Source: Tubiluchus corallicola
Lineage: Eukaryota > Animalia > Priapulida
Reading direction: 5' to 3'
Assembly (NCBI GenBank): GCA_030141605.1
Contig: JAQGDQ010001028.1
Coordinates: forward strand, 1-28,829
DNA: 28,829 nucleotides
The notes beneath the pieces are model-generated. The model was not told the DNA's origin and did no database searches. It worked only from the letters and a program-made list of their open reading frames with translations. The stretch's first letter is position 1; the number at the start of each line of letters is the position of its first letter. This document shows, in pieces, positions 23,110 through 28,829 of the stretch. The position numbers and the translations under genes are program-made.

Positions 23110-23839
23110 TCAATGGACACTGACCAACGTGATCATCCATGGTCTTCCTCCTTCAATGGACATTGACCAACGTGATCATACATAGTATTCCTCTATCAAT
23201 GGACACTGACCAATGTGATCATCCATGGTCTTCCTCCTTCAATGGACATTGACCAACGTGATCATACATAGTATTCCTCTATCAATGGACACTGACCAAT
23301 GTGATCATACATGGTCTTCCTCCATCAATGGACACTGACCAATGTGATCATACATGGTCTTCCTCCATCAATGGACATTGACCAACGTGATCATACATGG
23401 TCTTCCTCTATCAATGGACATTGATCAACGTGATCATCCATGGTATTCCTCCATCAATGGACACTGACCAACGTGATCATCCAAGGTCTCCCTCTATCAA
23501 TGGACATTGATCAACGTGATCATCCATGGTATTCCTCCATCAATGGACACTGACCAACGTGATCATCCATGGTCTTCCTCCTTCAATGGACATTGACCAA
23601 CGTGATCATACATAGTATTCCTCTATCAATGGACACTGACCAATGTGATCATCCAAGGTCTTCCTCCATCAATGGACATTGACCAACGTGATCATCCATG
23701 GTATTCCTCCATCAATGGACATTGACCAACGTGATCATCCATGGTCTTCCTCCATCAATGGACACTGACCAATGTGATCATCCATGGTCTTCCTTCATCA
23801 ATGGACATTGACCAATGTGATCATCCATCGTCTTCCTCC
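23110..23839. repeat. 43-bp minisatellite, ~17 copies, downstream of the ASB8 stop
   Basis: Unit tcaatggaca(c/t)tgaccaacgtgatcatccatggtcttcctcc(a/t). Confidence 0.96.
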
Positions 23840-24194
23840 CTACGATTCATATTCAATAAGTTCAGCTTTTACAAACTAAGTGGTTTTTGAGATATTTACA
23901 GGCTGCCTATTTCAAAATTCACTTTTTGATGTACTTGGTTATTCAATATCCAGTAAATGAATAATGTTAATATTTGAGTAAATGAGTTTCATAAAATACT
24001 CGTTATTTATAACTTTTATAATTATTTATAATTATTAACAGACAATCTCTTCATAAAACACTACTTAATTTGATTTATAATTTTTATTTAGCTTGTTGTT
24101 AGCATTAACAGATAGAGACATTCACAAGTGACTGTCTCTCCAATCAAAAATGACTGTTATTTATCATCCAGTAAAACTAAATATTAAAAGGATA

Positions 24195-24830
24195 TCAACT
24201 TCTTAACAGTATAAAAGTTTTCAATGTAGTTGGTAGCTTTAACGTTCTAACAGCATTGGGTAAATACTGGTGTCCGAGCGATTGTCGAATCACAAACTTA
24301 CATAACTGTTTAAGATCACGTACATTGATACAGTAAGGCAGTAGTAAATCACAAAGCTTATTGTCACTTGCTATTGTATTTGGGAACTCTCCCTTGGAAT
24401 TACGTAAGTCAAATTGTCCACTTGCGCTGATAAGCAGTTCCAGAGCCTCGTCGTCATTTGAGCTGCCTAGACCAACAGCAATGTTTTGTGCTACTCTGTG
24501 CATTGGAGTCAAGCCATTGTGATTTACAGTATCAACGCGGGCATTGTAGTCAAGTAAAATCTTTAGTACATCGACATTCGCTTTTAATGCTGCCCAGCTA
24601 ACTGGAGTATCGTTGTTAAAGTCAAATGCGCTAGGATTAGCCCCATTCTGAAGCAACACTTTTACAGTGTCAAGTTTATTCTTAAAAGCAGCCCAGTGAA
24701 GGGGTGTATCGTCATTGGAATCTACGACGTCGACATTGGCGTTGTGTTGCAACAGAATTTCTGTACATTCAGCGGACCGTTCAGCCGCGTGATGCAAGGC
24801 TGTCCTTTTGTATCCATCGTACTGGTCAAC
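24195..24830 (-). CDS. ASB8: Ankyrin repeat and SOCS box protein 8, last coding exon
   Basis: Acceptor tctttcag|GTT, then 212 codons to TGA: VDQYDGYKRTALHHAAER...DTPLHWAAFKN...DTPVSWAALK...LKQLCKFVIRQSLGHQYLPNAVRTLKLPTTLKTFILL. Matches recalled human ASB8 (DGYNRTALHYAAEK; TPLHWAAFKN; RRSLGLQYLPDAVKGLPLP). Confidence 0.95.
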   Translation of the reverse strand, partial: VDQYDGYKRTALHHAAERSAECTEILLQHNANVDVVDSNDDTPLHWAAFKNKLDTVKVLLQNGANPSAFDFNNDTPVSWAALKANVDVLKILLDYNARVDTVNHNGLTPMHRVAQNIAVGLGSSNDDEALELLISASGQFDLRNSKGEFPNTIASDNKLCDLLLPYCINVRDLKQLCKFVIRQSLGHQYLPNAVRTLKLPTTLKTFILLRS

Positions 24831-24857
24831 CTGAAAGATAATGACCTATGCAGTCAT

Positions 24858-25391
24858 CAGGGATGAGAATGACAAATTGCAAAAAACTCTTAAACAGGCC
24901 GGGGGTTTTGGGACCGTCTAGACCCCTAATGGGGTTGAGGGGCAAAGTCCTCATGGGGGTTCAAGGGGGTGAAGCAACAAATAGCAATTTTGTGACCATA
25001 GAGAGTCTCTAAGTGGACTTAAAATATCAGATACCTTGTTTCATGCATAATTTAAAATACCCATCTATCAAGGATACATGATACCTAATTGTCTCAAAAA
25101 TGCCTAAGTACTGGCCGCTCCTATGCAAAAGTATATAAAAACTGTCTGCAATTGACTCAAATAACTCTGCACAATTGATTTTATATTTTTATACATAGAG
25201 ATATACACGTGGTTACACTGATGTACGTGATGTAAACAAAGTGACGGCCTGCCAACTAGCGGTCAGCTTGTGAAACAATGTACTGGGTCCGTAAAAATTT
25301 TCTCAACGAATTTACGCGATTTACAAAAATTGCATTACTGGTCTTCCAAAAACTCGGAATTCCTCGTATCCGCACAAAATTCTCATCCCTG
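24858..25391. mobile_element. MITE with CAGGG..CCCTG termini in the last ASB8 intron
   Basis: Perfect 13-bp TIR cagggatgagaat / attctcatccctg; cagtcat duplicated at 24851-24857 and 25392-25398. Confidence 0.82.
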
Positions 25392-26539
25392 CAGTCATTA
25401 TAACATGACTAGGGTGTATTCTCAAGCTTTGGCCGTGCATGTAATAATTCTACTTTCACAGATCATTATTTTTTTTTCATCCCACAAAAGTTAAATTATT
25501 ATTTAGTACAAATGTCTGACACACATTCTGCAAGATGCTTCACTCTCATATAATTTGGAGCATATGCTTAGATTTGCTGTAACATTATTTCAGCTAAAGG
25601 TTTAATATTCTCCTGGTCAAGTGTCTTTTTCTTTGGAACACAAAAAACTTGTTGTAGAGTTAGCGCTCAACCAATATGAAACAGAGGGAGGCAATATAAA
25701 GGCAAAAGTTTATACAGTGGAGGCCATTCATTAGACTCTCAGTTCCCTGAATTGACTCAAAAACATCTGATACACGCTGCTCTCATTCAAATATATATCT
25801 GTTGGCAACTAACTCAAATGTCATGTCAAGTCACAATCATGTCAAGTACAGCTTTTTCTGTTAAGCAGGTATGTTTACATGTGCTCTAATATGCTGGGTA
25901 GTGCTTTTGTTTTGAATTTGCTACCTCTGCTCATCCGCCCCAATTAACCTCGTTGCCTAAGAGTTTATGGAAGCCAAACTTTTAATTTACATGCCTAGCG
26001 GTTTTCATTTGAAGCACTTGGTGTTTTCACAGAATGTTTAATCTGTGTCACCGATACAGCAGTAATCTGTCAGTATTCTTTATGACTTTAGAAGCCTAAA
26101 TGTCATAGAGCAACTAAGATCAGAGAGCAACTAATTGCAAAAACAGAGCATAAGTGCAAAAACCTAAAATTTAGAGCTCTCAGAGTTTTTGCAGTGTGTG
26201 CTAAGTTGAAGAGTGATGACAGTCACTTCTATAACAGTAATACTCCACCAATAGGTTAATTGATTCAATTAATTGTGTCCATCCCAAAGTGAGTTAATTA
26301 AACAGTGCCTACTGCATTAAAAATAGTGCTAATTAGGTGTAGTAATCCAAGCTGACTCTCTGTGCATAAAGAAATGTTTGAAGGTAATACTATAACTGAT
26401 CAGTAACATTTAAAAGGAGTTTAGCTACCAACACTGGGCAGATCTTGCTAAAACCTTAACTGTAATGGTAATTAAATCAGTGAAAGAATGAAACTAGTTA
26501 CTCCGAGAATGTTTACACTATAAATACTAGTAAACGTAC

Positions 26540-26643
26540 CTTGGCTCCGTGATCCAGTAAAATTTGTAATGAATCCGTGTCATCCACCATGCAAGCGCAG
26601 TGAAGTGGAAGCAAGCTACCGTGCATACAGTTTACATCAGCTC
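26540..26643 (-). CDS. ASB8: ASB8 internal coding exon (first ankyrin repeat); upstream exon(s) not found in the window
   Basis: Acceptor atttcag|GA GCT and donor AAG|GTACGT; reads (G)ADVNCMHGSLLPLHCACMVDDTDSLQILLDHGAK, versus human GADVNCTHGTLKPLHCACMVSDADCVELLLEKGAE. Joins in phase 0 to the last exon. Confidence 0.93.
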
Positions 26644-27001
26644 CTGAAATGATTAAGCATTACTCAATGAAAGTAACATTAAAATGGTTGTGTCAAAACC
26701 AAGTGTAGGCCATGACGATGAATGCAACAACTACAATATGAGGTGACTGAGAGCATCAAAGTTTACATCAACTCCTGAAATGATTAAGCATTACTCAATG
26801 AAAATAACATTAAAATGGTTGTGTCAAAACCAAGTGTAGGCCATGACAATGAATGCAACAACTACACTGACACCATCAAAGTATACATCAGCTCCTGAAA
26901 TGATTAAACATTACTCAATGAAAATAACATTAAAATGGTTGTGTCAAAACCAAGTGTAGGCCATGACGATGAATACAACTACAACAACTACACTGACACC
27001 A
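26629..27001 (-). repeat. 120-131-bp tandem repeat x3 spanning the ASB8 3' splice site
   Basis: Copies start at 26629, 26760 and 26880; each contains (minus strand) cttaatcatttcag|GAG(C/T)TGATGTA or a near-identical variant. Confidence 0.92.
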
Positions 27002-27365
27002 GTAGTATAGATGTTTTGCCTCTGGCCGATTTCCCCGGGGGGTGGGGATTTCCCCGGGGGGGGGTGGGGAAAAACACCCCTAAAAAAGTGCGAAAATCCG
27101 GAAACACCCCTAAAAAAGTGAAGTGGCTCTATTGTCGTGCTAGTTAAGTGACCAATTTAAGGATTAGGAGTGACGGTTGGTCGACGGGCCACGCCCCCCT
27201 CGGCTGCCGGGGGTGGGAACAAAAATCACCCCCTAAAAAAAGTGAAGTGGGTCTATTGTTGCGCTAGTTAAGTGTCCGATTTAAGGATTAGGAGTGACGG
27301 TTGGAACTCCCGCACGCTTTGGGGGGGGGGGGTGCGCCCGGCGAGAACACCCCCCCCCCTCCGCG
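26997..27365. mobile_element. Probable terminus of a larger DNA transposon with GC-rich subterminal repeats
   Basis: Abrupt switch at caccagtagtatagatg to G/C-run-rich sequence; cacccctaaaaaagtg three times and a ~75-bp duplicate. The partner end was not found in the window. Confidence 0.35.
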
Positions 27366-28052
27366 GTAAATGCAGTCGTCCGTTCGACACGCGCTCGCTG
27401 CGCACTTTGCTTGCTCCACCCTAATTGTGGCTAATCCGGTAATCGACTCTCGCCGCCTAGCTAGCTAGATAATGGGCTAAAAGATTTCTCTAGCCACGTG
27501 CAGCAGTGCACAGTCTCGTCGTCGTCGTCGTTAAATGGTTAGGATGTTCTTTTATGCGAGTCTAAATTGCCACGCAATTTTTTAAAATTTTACCCCACCC
27601 TCATCCGGGTTAGAATGTTCTTTTATGCGCGTCTAAGTTGCAATACAATTTTTAAAAATTTTATCCTACCTTTATCCGAGATGGATGGATGGATGGATGG
27701 ATGGATGCCGTCGCCGAAAAAGCCTCCTTCGCTCCATCCAATGCGGTCGCATCGTGCAACATACAGTCTACTCACACGCGCACACACCACCGAGCACGAT
27801 TGTTAGCACGGGCCGACCATTAGCACGAACGTCACCGCGTGTAACATACAGTCTACTCGCGCGTCGCCGAGCATGATTAATTTCCGGGTTTCTTTATTTT
27901 TTTGTCAACTGTATCCAACGATGATGATGATGACGACGACGATGATGATGATGACGCGGTATTACCTAAAGCAGAGTCTGATCTTTGGTCGTCATCCACT
28001 TTTTTTATCCGACAGAACAATAATAACTAATGTTAGTTAAAATTATCTTTTC

Positions 28053-28243
28053 ATTTTGTAAAAATCTTTCTATCTGTACTAACTCGCATGTTTAAACCCG
28101 CAACGAATGCACTCATCCGATCAGACGCCAAGGCAGGCACGCGTCTATTTTGTAAAAATCTTTCTATCTGTACTAACTCGCATGTTTAAACCCGCAACGA
28201 ATGCACTCATCTGATCAGACGCCAAGGCAGGCACGTGTCTATT
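28053..28243. repeat. 94-bp tandem duplication
   Basis: Two near-identical copies start at 28053 and 28147. Confidence 0.93.
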
Positions 28244-28829
28244 GCTTAATCCGGTAATTGACTCGACTACCTGGCTAATGAGGGCTTAATCCGTTAATTG
28301 ACTTGCTAGACATGACACCCGCGGCAATTTAAGTGCGTGTACCTGTTTTTTTAAAAAGCCCGTTGGAATGTACAGCAAGCAGACAGTAGGACAGCTGCCG
28401 TCTAGATAAAATTGAATGCCTGCAGCCTTCTAGTCTGCACGCTTTCAACGAGTCAGTATTTTTTAGGTGAGGATATATATATATAATCCCAAAAACTCAC
28501 AAGTTGCATTAGCCACATTTTTATTGAAAGATTTCTTTTTTTGACAATAGGGTATTTAAAATTTTACTTTTATCTAGACTAGATGTACAAAGAGAAAAAA
28601 CTGAGGCGCTTTACTATTAGACTAAAATTGCCAGAGACTGAAGTGTATTTACTTTTTAAAATATTCATTTATCTTTATCCTGATGGGGTGTACCTTTACT
28701 ATTTAAAAAAAATATTCATTTATCTTTATCCTGGTCGGATGCTTTCTTCCGGTTGACAAAAACGATGTTGGGTGGGGGACCCATGCTCGTTGATGACGCC
28801 GTTATTGTTGTTGTTGCTATCGATGTTGT

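Noticed and set aside
28495-28518. Possible ASB8 first exon (minus strand MWLMQL followed by GTGAGT)
   Set aside because: It is phase 0 whereas the next exon needs phase 1, and no intervening exon encoding the expected SLSERLIR..RSF segment was found; probably chance.

Overview
AT-rich, intron-containing eukaryotic DNA, most likely from an invertebrate animal; the taxon cannot be fixed from the sequence. Two convergent genes. On the + strand is the 3' half of DNAJC10/ERdj5: 8 coding exons (1-72, 1807-2028, 7724-7879, 9603-9736, 11086-11284, 13276-13392, 18886-18972, 19999-20019), all GT-AG and in phase. They encode thioredoxin domains with WCPPC, WCGHC and RCWHC motifs and end in REEL. On the - strand are the last two coding exons of ASB8 (26643-26540 and 24830-24195; ankyrin repeats plus SOCS box). 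Introns and the intergenic region contain minisatellites (63, 55, 28, 63, 31 and 43 bp units), microsatellites, several TIR/TSD-bounded MITEs, a 5'-truncated RTE retroposon and a 5S-rRNA-headed SINE-like element. The most striking feature is a ~500-bp TSD-flanked bipartite RTE derivative (12561-13063, - strand). Its 5' end carries a twister self-cleaving ribozyme, and the predicted cleavage site coincides with the element's 5' boundary. Also notable are the CxHC motifs in ERdj5 Trx3/Trx4 and tandem duplications that multiply real splice sites in both genes. Most entries in the ORF track are repeat artefacts. All homology calls come from recalled sequences and manual reading; no searches were run.
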